A stretch of 64,000 nt of DNA from Podarcis erhardii (lineage: Eukaryota), in NCBI GenBank assembly GCA_964252035.1, contig OZ176202.1; one strand, given 5' to 3'. How positions within the stretch are numbered: the stretch's first letter is position 1; each line of letters opens with the position of its first letter. This document shows positions 50,801 through 64,000 of the stretch, piece after piece. A program made the position numbers and the translations under genes. A model generated the notes under the pieces. That model saw only the letters and a program-made list of their open reading frames with translations. It did not search any database and was not told the DNA's origin.

Positions 50801-53800
50801 CAAATGTGGTATGAGCCAATCCCTCATTAGCTCCTACATTTCCAAGGAGTCATCTTACAGGTTAGCTAGTTATCCCAAGTAGTTGTTTCTAGGTCCTTTC
50901 TTCTTCAGTGCCTTAGATACACGAGCATGGAGTGTTCGATACAACTACTAAAAGTATGTGAAGAGGCAAGATACAGCAACTATTAAAAAACAATTTAAAA
51001 TGAGCACAGTTTTTTGGACATGATGTAGCTGTTCCACTTCACAGGATCTCTTTCCCAGCTCCCCAGGCTGAAACAGCTACCATATCTCAAACGGAAGGAG
51101 GAATGGAGCATTATTGAGAAGAAATATGTATCAATGTATTTTCTAAATTATTTATGTCATTTGAAACTATACTTCTAATATTATTTTCACTCAATTTGAC
51201 AATATCTGTGTGAATGAAGTACATAAACTTTTTGTTTTTTGAGAATGTTTTAATAGGAACAGCCTACAGAGTGAAGGTGATGGCAAATAGCAACTCGATA
51301 CATACTTGCATTCTAACAATTTGTTGTTGTTGTTGTTACTAATTACCTTTTCTGCAACCTGAGGTCCGAGGAGAGTTACAATATTAAAACACAATATTTA
51401 AAACAAAACAAAACAAAACACAATACTGTATTAAAACATTTCAAAACAGCCTACAGTCACAGAAACAAGGTGGATCCTAAAAATGTATATGTCAAGTGTC
51501 AAAAGCCAGAATTAAGAAAGCTGCATCTTCAGAATTTGTTGGAAGTTGTATAGTAAAGGTGCCAGATGCAACCTGGGGACTGTCACAAAGAATGCTGTCT
51601 CCCAGTCCACCACCCCTCAAGCTTCTAAGGGTGGAGGAACTACTAAAAGTGCCCCCTCTGCTGATCTTAGCAGTCAAGAGGACCTGTAGGAAATGAGACA
51701 GTTTTCAGATATCTAGGCCCTGCATGTTTAGAACTTTAAACACTAATGTAAGTACCTTGGTTGGGCTAGAAAGGAACTGTTAACCAGTGCAGCTGTTTCA
51801 GAACTGGGGCTATAGGAGATCTAAATGAAACCCCAGCCAGTAATGTGGATGCTGCATTTTGGATCAACTGAAGTTTCCAAGTAATCTTTTAAGGGCAGCT
51901 GCATGTAGAGCACATTGCAGTAATCTATTCTGGAAGTTACCAGGACATAGAGTGCAGTGGCTGAGTCATCTCTGCCCAAAAGGGGATGTAGCTAGTGAAC
52001 TAGCCATAGCTGAAAAAAGGCATTCCTAGCCACCGAGGCCATCTGAGCCTCTGGGGCAGTGCTGAATCAAGGAACACCCTTAGGCTGCAGATATGCTACA
52101 TCCCAGGGGGTGCAACCTTATCCAGGGCAGGCTGCCTTCTTATCTTCTGGATATGGGAACTTGGAACACATAACACCCTCAGTTTTCAGGATTCAGCTTC
52201 AGTTATGCATGCTGGTTAGGAAAATCCAGATCTGTGGATAGGTGCTCTAGATATGTCCAGTTTTAAATTTTTGTATGTCTCTAAACACATGTCTTCTTAG
52301 GTGGAATTAAATTCCATAAAGAGAGACTGACTAGTACACATAGGGATTCCTCAATTTCAAATGTCTTTTATGTATAAATTAGAAGCTTGAGTATCAAGAG
52401 CAAGGTGGAAACAGAACTTCAGACAGATCCAGAAGCTATACAGTGGTACCTCTGGTTAAGAACTTAATTCGTTCTGGAGGTCCATTTTTAACCTGAAACT
52501 GTTCTTAACCTGAGGTACCACTTTAGCTAATGGGGCCTCCCGCGCCGCCGCTGTGCGATTTCTGTTGTCATCCTGAAGCAAAGTTCTTAACCCAAGGGAC
52601 AATTTCTGGGTTAGTGGAGTCTGTAACCTGAAGCATCTGTAACCCAAGGTACCACTGTACTAGCAGAAATGAGAAGCCTTATAAAATAGCTTATGTGTTG
52701 AAAAAAATAATGTTCCTATTTAATTATAGGATGGTAAATGCATAATAATACTATTGTGATTTTTTCTTCAATATTCATGAACCAGTCAACTTTTAACACT
52801 GAATATTAAAAAGACTGCTTACTTTTTAAAAAGATGCAATTAACTTTTGTAAGAAATACACATTAAAATGAAACATAATTGTATGTAACAGAACTACAAT
52901 TGTATTAAATACATTAATCTAAGCCTCAACATGTCACAATTCTAAATTTTTTATACAACTCAGATTTTAAAGACGCCAATACTGAGATAGGCTTTAATGG
53001 ATGACAAATAACAATTTAGGGAATGTTATCTTCTGTGAAAGTAACTTTGACCTATTTGTATGGGCTGAACAAAAGTTCTGTAGGCTTTAATGGATAGCAC
53101 TCCCACACAGCAAGGCTTCTACAAGATGATTTATAATTGAAAACCTGTTGGACACTTCTCTGCCTAATGCAGAAAAGGCAATTAGTTTATTCTGCTGAAA
53201 GCATAACAACTCTTTATTTCCAGGCAAATACCTGGTACAAAAATATATAAACCATTTTCATATTAACTTTATATCTTAGGCCCCTAGGGATCAAAGGAAC
53301 ATTTCTGTAATGCTAGCCCTAAGAAGGGATAGGAATTGTTTCAAGAAAATAATCTGAGTACTAAAAGTTTTAAAGAAACTTAAAACTAAAAAAATTGCTG
53401 GAACCAATATAAAGGAAGAAACATAAATTATATGCTTGCTAAACTTTTTTTTTTTTTTGAGAGAGAGAGAGGGGGGGGCTAATAAAGTTGACAAACAACT
53501 GCACATAAAGAAAATTTGGTGCCTCCAGTTTTCAGAAAGCTAAGAAATATTAACTCTAATAGTAATAAATAGTCCTGTATCATGAAGTTTTTAATATCTG
53601 ATGTTTCATTGTGCTTTTTATATTCTGTTGGAAACTGCCCAGAGTGGCTGTGGCAACCCAGTTACGTAGATGGGTAGGGTACAAGTAAATAACAATAACA
53701 ATAACAATAATAACAGCAGCTCGTGAGGCACTCAAACCAGAAAAGCTGCACCTGGCCTTGTCTTTAGCCTATTTTTATAGCACAGTAGCAGTTGATTGGT

Positions 53801-56135
53801 GTGTCATACCTATATAGTCACATATGTACAGTTGGGAACTGTGCATAGTTTATTTGTAGGATGTAGTGTTGGCCACCAACTTGCATTAAAAGAAGATTAA
53901 ATATATTCATGGAGGATAAGGCTATCAACAGCTACTAGCCATGGTGGCTGGGCAGTACCTTCCATGTTGAAGGCAGCATGCCTCCAAATACCAGTTGCGA
54001 AGAAAGGCAAGTGGTGTGAATGTGATCAGAATGCTGTTACACTCAGGTTCTGCTTTCAGGTGTCCACTGTGAGGACAGGATGCTGCACTAGATGGACCTT
54101 TGGTCTGATCCAGCAGGACTGTTCTTACAGAAAGTACTCTAAAGTTTATTTGCCAGGTTCAACTGCAAGGTCTGTGGGAGTCATAACATCTTATTGTGCA
54201 AAGTCACCTCTACAGCTGCTGCTACTTGTTCAGACAAGTACAGCTTGGTTAACAGTAGTTCTGGTCTGTGCCCAGCAGCATGTGTTTGTTTTTTCTTTGT
54301 TTTTATTTAAAACAAAGGCTGAGACTTAGCTAGATTTAGCACCCATTGGCCTCATTTACATGACAATTCAGTCCTGGTTTTAAGGTAGACTACATAACCT
54401 GTAGTTCATTATGCTGCCAAGTTAAACTCTAATAAATAAATCATTTTGGGTAAAAGTGTTGAAAGAATTGGCTGGGTTCCAAGAGCCATGCAACTCACTC
54501 TGTGCACCGCAAAGTACTTTGGGGTTGGATGTCTCAAACAGCACTTTGGTCATGTGACAGTAGTTGTTAGTAGTTAATGCAGCTCCAGTGTCTGTCTTTT
54601 GGGGTGGGGCAAGGCGTCAAAAACTGTTAGATACGCCCAAAGCCTTAGGTGTACCTTCAGTAGAGTTTTTGTATCCTGGACATTACTTGCACTTGTGGAT
54701 TCTGGTAGTAACAAATGGTTGGATATAAAGTTGTAGAAACAGAAGACTGTTCATGCAACATACCGTATTTTTCGCTCTATTGGACGCAGTTTTTCCCCTC
54801 CAAAAATTGAGGGGAAATGTGTGTGCGTCCTATGGAGCGAATGCAGGCTTCTGCCATAGCCACGGGCAACCCCTCCGGCAGGGAGAAGCTGCACAGAGCT
54901 ATGGATTCTTTAGCCCCACACAGCCTCTCCCTGGAGGGAGAGGCTGCATGGGGCTAAAGGGGAAGGCAAAGCAGCGAGCGGGATCCATCCCGCTCGCTGC
55001 CTTGCCTTCTTCCATAGCTGCGCGCAACCCCTCCGCAAGGAGAGGCTGCACGGGGCTATGGATTCTTTAGCCCTGCGCAGTGTCTCCCGGCAAGGAGAGG
55101 CTGCACGGGGCTAAAGGGGAAGCCAAAACAGCGAGCAGGATCCATCCCGCTCGCTGCCTTGCCTTCTTCCATAGCTGCGCGCAACCTCTCCGGCAGGGAG
55201 AGGTTGTGTGCAGCCTGTACACTGCTCTTTGGGGCTGGGGGGTGAAAAATTATTTTCCTTGATTTCCCCCCCTAAAATCTGGGTGCGCCCTATGGTCCGG
55301 TGCGCCCTATGGTGCGAAAAATACGGTATATTCCCTTTCTTCCCATACCCCCCGAGAAACCTTTTTGGAGTGCCATACCCAACTTAGCAATACATGAAAC
55401 TCTACCCGTAGGATCCCACATGGAAATTCATGCCTTAAGATTGGCTGTTTGGGAAAGCTCAAAAAATGTCACCCACCTGACACTTTCAAATTGGGCAAAA
55501 ATAAACTTGAACATGCGTTAATGATGTCTTCAAGTTCTTCAGTTCACCTTTAAAATCAAGACTACTGACAATCAAGCAGCTAAACAAAATAAATGCAGTA
55601 TAAAATTGCAAGAATAACGTTTATATTAAAAAATTGCAAATAGAAATCCATACTTTCACTTTGGAACTTTAATCTTATTGTTTTTTCTTCTGTTAATTAC
55701 ATTTTTATTCTGCCCTTCCTTCAAAGAGCTTAGGGTAGCATACATGATGCTCTTCTATTTATATTAAATTAGGCTGGGCCATCTGATTACTGTTTAAAAG
55801 ATGATCTGTTTTAAATTTTTTAATCCTTGAAGGTGGAATAATTGGAACATAATTAATTCTGTTTATATTAGCTGGATATAGTAGTTGATTTCAGCAGGAT
55901 TACTAATCTCCAGTCGGTATTCTGATTTGTGCAACAGACTAATCAAGTCTGGCTGAAAAAGATTTGTGGTATCTGTTGCCAAACTGTAGTTCGCTTTTCT
56001 CAAATTCAGATGGCTGAAAGCTGTGCTTAAGGAAGCTTAGCTACTATTTGGCATGATACATGAATTAATGTTCCGTAATTCTAGGAACTACTGCATCAGC
56101 TGAAAACAAAACAAAAGCAGACAAACCATTGTTTC

Positions 56136-56223
<88 letters not shown>

Positions 56224-59200
56224 AGTAGCAAAAACCATGGTTTGGTACGAGAACTTCAACTATTTGATGTCAAATTGAAAATTCATACAAGTTTCTGTAA
56301 GATGGCTAGCCTCTACATGTTTTTCTTCAGGGGGTAAATGAGGCCCAGATCTCCTTGGATTTTTTTTTAAAAGAAAAATAATTAAACTATTTATATGATT
56401 CTAGAGATCTATAAAAATACTGACATAGATTACCTGGAAAATGATGATAAATTAGCCAGTACTTCTTTCTCTTCTCTTTGCAAGGTTTTTTCAAGAGAAA
56501 TAATTCAAGGCTAATGGATGAAATCCTAAAGCAGCAGCAGGAATTGTTAAATCTTGACTGTTCCAAATATACAGTGAAGTTTGCAAATCAAGATAAAACA
56601 GATCAAGGTAAGATTTCTTATTTTGAAAATCCTGTACTGTTATTGAGAACTAGAAAGTTCCTGGACACCCAAATCTGATCCACAAACATGGATTAACTCC
56701 CTGCATGGGAATTAATGGGTATCTCCATGAGTACAATAAATCCCATGAACATCTCAGCATATGCTGATAGCTGGAATTGAGTGTGAATGCCTTATTTTAC
56801 AGAAATGACTGGCAGTTTTAGTTAAATGTTTTAAGTTTTGATATTAAACTTTTACTGAACTATTAATATTTTAGCAAGCGTTTCTTGTGATTCTTTACAG
56901 AAGGTTCATTTTGTAAATTAAATTTAAAATAACCTTGCTGCTGGGAGCCTTCACTGGCTTTGGGAGTGGAGAATGGTGTTTATCCTGTTTGCAAGTGAGA
57001 GGTGAACTTCAAGTAAAGCTGACTTCTTCCATTTCCATTTAGTTGCTTTAAGTTCTTTCTTTTTTGTTGCAGTTTTAAATTGCCAATCTACACTGAATGT
57101 GCTGTCTTCAGAGGATGGGAAGACAGATATAGTAAAAGCAGCTCAGAAATTTTGCCACTTAGTAGCACAAAAACAAAAAAAATGCACAGATCTGGATATG
57201 GACGTCTTGGAAAACTTATTAACTAGTAAGTATGATGGCTGAAGTTGTTTACCCCTCATGAAAAGTGGTGTGGGGGGGTGTGACTAATCAGGTGACAGTA
57301 ATTTTCCCAGACCCAAACACATTTGTATCTAGAGCTCATACCCATTGTGCACAGTCTTCAAACTGGCAGATTCTGAGGGCTGCTTCACAGAATACCTATT
57401 TCCCACAAGTGTTTTGGTGTATGCTATGTAGTGTTGTCCATTTCAAAGAAATTTAATTGCTTGTGGGACGTGAGTGACTCATTATTTGTTATAGCACATA
57501 AAGTAATTTGGAGAGAATTGCTTCAGCCAAGCCATCTGAGGTAAATTTTATTCAATTGCCAATTGAAATTTGGCTACAAAGGAATTTCAGGGGAAACTTA
57601 TTTTGACAGCTGTAGTGCAACTGCTTTTTTTATTAAGTAGTGCCAGGAGATTGTTACATTAAGTGCTGTTAAAAACAAACTGTAATGCCTCACTAAATTT
57701 ACCATTTGGCAGTGTTTCATTTTAGCGAGCAGAATTGTTTTATCTGCTTTTGTTTAGCTATATGTTACAGCTTGATGAGGAAATGTTCAAGTTCACTGTG
57801 GATATATACACTGATGTCACAAATGTATGTTCCTGGCTGCCATTAATAACTGTGTCAGGTTAAAAGATAAGTGTCTGCCATAGCACAAAGTGGAACACAG
57901 GTGTGGGCCAATACAGGCCTGTATAGGGCTTTGGAGGCATTTGAAAGCAGATTTCATACTGCTCGGAAGGGCTTCTGAAGTTCAACATAACGTCAGATAA
58001 AAGATCCATACTTACTTAATCGGGAAACGGGAGCAAACTGCATGGCAGTAGCAAATTCTGGCTGCTTTGGACACCTCCACCTTCAAGTTAGCCTGAAGAA
58101 GGAATATGTCATGCAGTAACAGCAATTACTGCTGATAGTACAATCACCTTTTTTGAAATCAAGACAAGGGTTGTGATTCAAAGAAGGCATGTGTGCAATG
58201 TGAAAAAGAATTGAGTGAACAGCTAAATAATTTTTTGACTTTCTTGAAACACTTACTGGAGATGTGACATGTCTTCTTTAAAATGAAACTGTACCTTGCT
58301 TTCTTTAGCCATGGGCACTATTACCACAACAAAAAATAATGACACGTCCTTTTATGCGTTTGGCTCTCAAAGCAGCTTAGAAGGTTGCACTTTGAACTAC
58401 AGCCACTGCATGGTGGTTCTGAAAACACTGGAAGCTTAAAACACTGATTGAACAGTTGAATTTGCAGTCTTTTACTGTAAACTATATGCTAGAAATAGCA
58501 AGAAAATTAAGCTAACAGAGATTCAGATTTCCTTTGCTCTAAATGAGCAAAGTAGTAATAAGCATACTTGCTTTCAGTAAATTCCAAAGTCAGTGGACAC
58601 GGCAGTGTTTCAGTTAAACTATCATAAAGACCAAAGAATGATAATTTTTTAAAGCACTGTTTAAACTGGATAATCAAAATTGTAATTGTAATATTTATCT
58701 TTATATACCAACTAAATTTGCACACAGTAGTTAACTGTCAAATTGTTTGAGGTCATTTTATGGGGCCTAAGTGATGTTCTCTCTAAAATATTTGGTACTG
58801 TTCTATGGAAAATAATTTGTAAGAAATGCACATTGTATGTGAAGATGTGTTAAAGCTCTAATGTAACATGATGGTCTTAATTCTACAACCCCAAACTATT
58901 ACTCTCTTTAGGTACTAATGGCTTTCCTGACCCAGAATTAATATTAAAGTTTGGTCCTGTGGACAGTGTATTAGGATTTCTTCCATGGCAGATCCGATTG
59001 ACAGAGATTGTGTAAGTTGACTATACATAGTTGTGTGTAACTTGGAACATTTACTTTGTATTGCAAGTGGCTTTGACCCTTTGTGTTCAAACTTTCATGT
59101 GTGATTTTCAGTAGTTACATTTATCAGTGAATATGCTCTTCTTGTCATCATGCCCCAAATAATAATAGTTCTCAAAAGCCCCTATTAAAAGCATTCTGAC

Positions 59201-61639
59201 AGTTTCTTTTCCTTTAGTTGATATATAGTTTCCCACTTTTTATAAAGGTGCAAAATGTGTGGTCAACTTGTGAAAGGAAAAATAATTATTATTTTGTTAG
59301 GAGTATAATAAATTTGTAATAAGAGAAGGAAAGCCATTTATTTTGTTACTCTGAGTACCAAAAGACTGTTGAAAGATGTTGCAGGACATTCTGATCCCAA
59401 ATAACCTTCATGTTGCCCATTGAGATCACATCCTAGTTTTCCATGTTAATAGATGTAGAATATCTACCCTCACATAGATCTGAACTTGAAATTGGTTACA
59501 GAGATTACTATTCCTAACTTCACCCTTTAGCATGAATTAAAATAGTTTGAAACATCTAGATTTTTTAAATCGTAGGTTAGAGAATTGAAGCCTGCTACCA
59601 CTACAAAGCAGATCAGCAGCAGGCTTAATTCTACCAAGTGTATACCAAGAATATGTTCTCTATACCATTCCAGTGGGGGAAGAAAATAAATATTGCACTT
59701 CAAGCCTGGTTTCATGAGTGTATGTGTGAAGTAGAAGTAGTGTGTCTCCTACCCCAGGGGTTACTTGGCTATAGGAACCCAATCATAATGAGAGGTACTT
59801 TGCTGCTAGATACTGATTTAACAGAGCTTCACTGTACCCATAAGACAGATCCCCATTCAGCATAGTAATATTCTTCAGCAGAGCAAAAAAAAAGCCGGCA
59901 TCAGAAGCAAAAGCCTGTCTAATATTATGTGACCCACTGTGTTAAAAGCTATAGAAAGGTCAAGGGGAGCGGAGGGGTAGTGTTTTCTTTTTCTGCCCAA
60001 GTGCTGTATTTCCTCCTGGGCAACCTTCCAGAAGCCACATTCCAGCAGCAGACATGGCTAGGACAAAAGTGGGCATAGCTACAGTTGAGGAGACCAATTT
60101 CTCCTAAAATATTTTAGCTTGTTTTCCAAGACTAATTACCAGAGGGAGTGATTTTCCCACCCTAGATTTGATCTGTCCAAAAAACGTGTGCTCCTTGTGC
60201 AACAGTTAGGCTTGAAAGAAAGCCTTTCTTCCTGACCTAATTGCTGGAGAGTGGCAAGGAGCAGGTGCTGTGGGCTGGTTTGCAAGCTGCTGATTCTCCA
60301 CTGGTCTAGGATGACATCATCTGTGGCAATCACCAGGTGTAAGTTGCCTTCCAGAGCAACTGAACCCATTCAATTAATGGTTCCTGCATAAGCATGGCTT
60401 AACCCAAAGAATTAAGATTTAGACCTGGGAATAAAAAGTGCTAAGTATCTCTGGAAGTTACAGATGGTCTTCCCATAAACATTAGCTACACAGCAAATCT
60501 CCCCCTTCACTCCAGTCATGCTTGTGCATTATTCATCAGTACTTAGGTTGTAGGGCTTTCTGGCAGGCTTCCACACTGTAATCTTGATTCTGTAATCTTA
60601 ACGTGCATCAGTCATGCTTTGTAAATTTTCTTGGAATCTGCCCTGTTGTGTGTTTCTTAAAGGGCCAGGTCGATCAGGCACAACACTCTAAAGTACTGTT
60701 TCATGTAAAAGGCACACTAAATTCAGTATCTTCCATACAAGTGTTCCTGTGTGAATAGTTCTGTGGTATCAGAAAATTACTTAATGTAACCAGCTCAGTA
60801 CAGTCAAATGATGACTGGGTTCATACAATCCATGATTAACTCTCATCTGTCACTATGCAAATCTTTAGAATTAAAGGAAATGGTTGAAACTAAATTCTGG
60901 CTGAGGAATGAAGATTGGATTTCTGAAGTTCTCTAGAATGGGGTTTGGATTTCTGAATCATTCCACATATGGAATTACAACTATCCTTGAAAAGAGAAGT
61001 TAGTTGAAGAGCTGTTAATGTAGTAAGACAGTGCCAAAACTGATACAAGAAAGCATGTGTTTGGCTTGACTTCCCTTCAGTAGAAGGTTAACAAAAGCAT
61101 TACCTGGAAAGGTGTGTCAATATTTGAGGACTATCATACTTGACTGTCATGTCAACGGAAAAGCTATGTGAAAGTGAACCTGTGAAGTAGTATTGAATAG
61201 TATTGCTCCTGTAGCTGGAGCAATAATGTCTCCTATCATTTTTCTACTTTTCTCCCTTCTGTTTAGTAGTCCCAATACTGTGCAGAGCCGGTCGGTTCTA
61301 AGTAGTCATCTATTCTAATGTTAAGTCATTTAAGTTTGCAGATCCACTTGATCAATAAAATTTTAATTGATTTCAGTTAGATTGCTCTGACTTCATGGTT
61401 TGTCCAGAGTTATGTCTGCGATATGCTGTGTATCAGCTTGAGAATAAACCAGTGAAATTGTTCAAAGGCAAGGATTAGTATAATGCTACTTGGATTAGGA
61501 TAATGCTACTTGGATATTAACTGCCTCTTTCCAATTGTGTTTTCCCAGTTCTTTGCCTTCACATGTGAACATCAGTTATGAAGAATTCTTCTCTGCCCTC
61601 CGTCACTATTCAAACTGTGAACAGCGCGTGGGAAAATAA
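47232..61639 (+). CDS. NUS1: NUS1 (Nogo-B receptor, dehydrodolichyl diphosphate synthase subunit); join(47232..47643,56485..56607,57073..57225,58912..59011,61549..61639), 292 aa
   Basis: [85 protein letters not shown] and C-terminal CEQRVGK* (RxG motif); 879 nt in frame. Confidence 0.97.
49151..49288. mobile_element. hAT-type fold-back MITE
   Basis: Arms ttctcaacc..ggtccccagatgttg..gactacaactcccatca / tgatgggagttgtagt..caacatctggggaccc..ggttgagaa; TSD not evident. Confidence 0.75.
51490..52250 (-). mobile_element. Degraded L2 LINE 3' portion
   Basis: Similar to the 21.8-22.3 kb and 28 kb L2 pieces (gcacattgcagtaatct, ctgcattttgga..aactgaagtttcc). Approximate boundaries. Confidence 0.6.
52441..52657. 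mobile_element. Tc1/mariner-pogo-type MITE, family A copy 3
   Basis: CAGTGGTACCTC...GGTACCACTG with TA flanks at 52439-40 and 52658-59. Confidence 0.88.
53600..53715 (+). mobile_element. L2 3'UTR fragment with (AAT/AAC)n tail
   Basis: aaactgcccagagtggctgtggcaacccagtt..gatgggtagggtacaagtaaataacaataac is the reverse of the L2 tail at 21.8 kb. Confidence 0.65.
53900..54130 (+). mobile_element. CR1 3'UTR fragment
   Basis: tcatggaggataaggctatcaacagctactagccatg...ggatgctgcactagatggacctttggtctgatccagcagg. Confidence 0.62.
54763..55326. mobile_element. Tc1/mariner-pogo-type MITE (CCGTATTTT TIR) with internal 157-bp tandem duplication
   Basis: TIRs CCGTATTTTTCGC / GCGAAAAATACGG, TA flanks; GC-rich duplicated core. 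Confidence 0.85.
56139..56220 (+). repeat. Compound microsatellite (TG)14(AG)27
   Basis: Read directly. Confidence 0.97.
56485..56607 (+). CDS. NUS1: NUS1 exon 2 (123 nt)
   Basis: Acceptor cttctctttgcaAG, donor GTAAGA; [28 protein letters not shown]. Confidence 0.95.
57073..57225 (+). CDS. NUS1: NUS1 exon 3 (153 nt)
   Basis: Acceptor ttttttgttgcAG, donor GTAAGT; [35 protein letters not shown]. Confidence 0.93.
58912..59011 (+). CDS. NUS1: NUS1 exon 4 (100 nt)
   Basis: Acceptor actctctttAG, donor GTAAGT; [32 protein letters not shown]. Confidence 0.96.
61549..61639 (+). CDS. NUS1: NUS1 exon 5 CDS (91 nt to TAA)
   Basis: Acceptor gtgttttcccAG; [29 protein letters not shown]. Confidence 0.96.
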
Positions 61640-61749
61640 CTTCTTGCTGAACATTATCAGGATTTACATGGAAAGGACCCAGTGTCTCTGTTTACAAGTA
61701 CCTGTGATACATAAAAGTCCAGTACATAGTCTCTTAATTTATCAAATTC

Positions 61750-61755
61750 AATAAA
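61750..61755 (+). terminator. Proximal candidate NUS1 poly(A) signal AATAAA (further hexamers near 61914 and 62366)
   Basis: AATAAA about 110 nt after the stop, followed by U-rich sequence; which site is used cannot be told from sequence. Confidence 0.35.
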
Positions 61756-64000
61756 GTGTCTTACCTTTTTAGAATTTGTATGCGTGTGTACTCATAGTCT
61801 TTGGAGTTGTGGGGAAAGCAGTGGTCTACTGCTGTGGCATATGGCATACCATAAATATTGTAAAACAGCTGTTTAGAAGCTTTGGGCCTCTCTTTCCAGT
61901 GACCAAATCCTTAATAAAAGGAATACTTCTGATTTTGAGGGAACCAATCTAAGTAGCACTACAATCAATGGGAAGAAACACTGGACCATATAAAAACCCT
62001 TCCTAGAATTTTCTGCTGTCACACCTTTGTCGTCTCATTCTCATTGGACTTGAATAACTGAAAGTCTAGGAAGCTGTCTGCATAGTTGTCCTCAAAAGCT
62101 TCTAGAAATTCACCTCAGGGGTTTGGGGGGGGGTGTGTGTGTGCTTAAAATGGAATTAAAAGTATAGCTGAAAAAGATAAGCATAGAAAGGCCAAGGGGT
62201 TTCCCAAACATGCTTTTTAATCACACATGTTAAGTACATTATGAAATAACCATTAGAACAACTGGCAGCTGCAAAAACTATAGCCACAGTCTTCCCTTTC
62301 TCTCTTAGGAAGGTGCGTATCTCCACAACTTGTTAATTGACAATTAAACACTTTATTAGAAGTCAATAAATGTTGGGTTGGATCATCACCATATAACGGA
62401 ATCACATAAACTGATTTTTTCCCCAAACAATATAAACTATAAGATATACATTACAGTGTGTGTTTTAAAATGGTATACTCAAATTCTAAGGTAAGTTAAG
62501 AAATACGACTTGTACTATTTTTAAAGGCTTAATTTCATTTTGATAATTATAGTCCAAATCCACTGTGATGTATTCATTTTAAACATAAGTAAAATTGTCA
62601 ATTTACATTTTTGTGGTAATGTAAATGGATTGTGTTTGGCTGCATATAGCAGCAAAGGGCAGGAAAGTATTAATTTAATATGCACTGATGAACCTGTTCC
62701 CCTCCCCCCATTATAAGATATGGCATGACTGTCTGCATAAATGACTGTGACAATTGTTGTATGGCAGTGTGATAATACAATCTAATTGCAAAACAAATAT
62801 GCAGAAAAATAAAATTCATGGACTCATTTTCTTGATCCTGCAGCTGCCTAGGTGCTGTTTAATATATATGGTATACTGTTCCTTCAAACCCTTAACCTAA
62901 CTTTGTCCCTAAACATTGATTGGCGAAGTTAAGTGTCCAGGTGTTCCTTTTCAAAAGAGTATTTTCTTATGGAATGGAAAGCCCATTATTTTTTTGGTTT
63001 AAAATGGAACCAAACTTAATATATTTTGCAAATGGCTTTTTATAAATGCCACAAATCAGTGTAGTAAAGTATTGCAGATCATGCTGCTATTAAACAGTAT
63101 TTTTATTTTTTAGATCAAATCTGTAATAGATTCAAAAAGCTCATAACAAGAGTAAACTAATTGATTTCTTATTGCTTGTTTTTGAGAAAAATATGCTTTC
63201 TGCTGTGAGCTAATAAAGTAAAAAGGCACCAGGATGATATTCACAGTCATTGGAATACCAGAAGCTTTTTTCTGCTTTGCTGTAGTCCTCAAATTTCTAT
63301 TATGAAGACCATGAACATGTGCAATATATTTCATGGTGTGCTTTTGACTAATGCACACAGTTCTACAATTCGGACATTTTTGGTTTGCTAGAGAAGAGGG
63401 TGTGTGGCGAAAAAGAGATTCTAGGTAGTAAACTTCTGTGTGGTTGGAATCATCTGGAGAGAACTGGCAAATGAAATTCAGAATCATGAGCTTACCAAAA
63501 GAATTATGGTACAGTAAATGACAATTACAAGAGCAAAGGGGAGAGTTTTATGTTCTATTTTTTTTACTTGTTAATTTCTTCCCCTGCTTATATCAGTCTG
63601 CTGCAAATTGCCAAAGAATATTTACAGTGCCCACCCTGATTTTGGTCATTCCTTGTCACATTTGACACCATTAGTTTCTGTAATTTGGGCCAGAATTTAA
63701 CAATGAGTTAGCTGTGCCAAAAACACTGTGCATATCCACAATTTACTCTTTTTGAATGTATGTCATTGCAGTAAGCTTCCCCCTCCCTCTGTTGTCTTGT
63801 GAGAAGATATAGCAGTGACATTATGTATATCTTTGGATACCTGTAAATAATATGTAAAGCAAGTTTTTATGATGAAGAAATTCTTGGATTTCATTACTGA
63901 GAGTAAAATCTGAACCTGTAAAACAAATAAATTTATCTTTCTACAGGCAGTGATGGTGTACGGATATGTGTATTGGTTCTGCATACAAAAGTCTCTCTGA

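Noticed and set aside
63110-63984. ORFs at the window end as the start of the next gene
   Set aside because: AT-rich, no recognisable protein motif or CpG island; consistent with NUS1 3'UTR or intergenic DNA.

Overview
Vertebrate nuclear DNA, not prokaryotic: spliced genes with GT-AG introns, CpG islands and squamate-type repeats. A Sauria/Squam1 SINE, L2/CR1 tails and TA-target MITEs suggest a lizard, probably a lacertid (inference). Gene order is DCBLD1 (+, last two exons) -> GOPC (-, complete, 9 coding exons including a 24-nt microexon, 468 aa) -> NEPN/nephrocan (+, complete and intact, 3 exons, 511 aa) -> NUS1 (+, complete, 5 exons, 292 aa), the known amniote synteny block. I derived all splice junctions by hand and they keep frame. 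The intergenic and intronic DNA holds a young 5'-truncated L1 with TSD nested in an old L2, Tc1/pogo and hAT MITEs (one nested pair), SINEs, and three short Penelope-like element ends. Those ends carry a minimal hammerhead-ribozyme motif; two are fold-back palindromes with TSDs. The most notable items are the hammerhead palindromes, the GOPC microexon with downstream RBFOX/QKI motifs, intact nephrocan with a TATA/GATA/SOX promoter, and a UPRE in the NUS1 promoter. I found no evidence of a wholly new gene system and no CRISPR, rRNA or tRNA genes. Gene and repeat names come from recalled homologue sequences, not from database searches.
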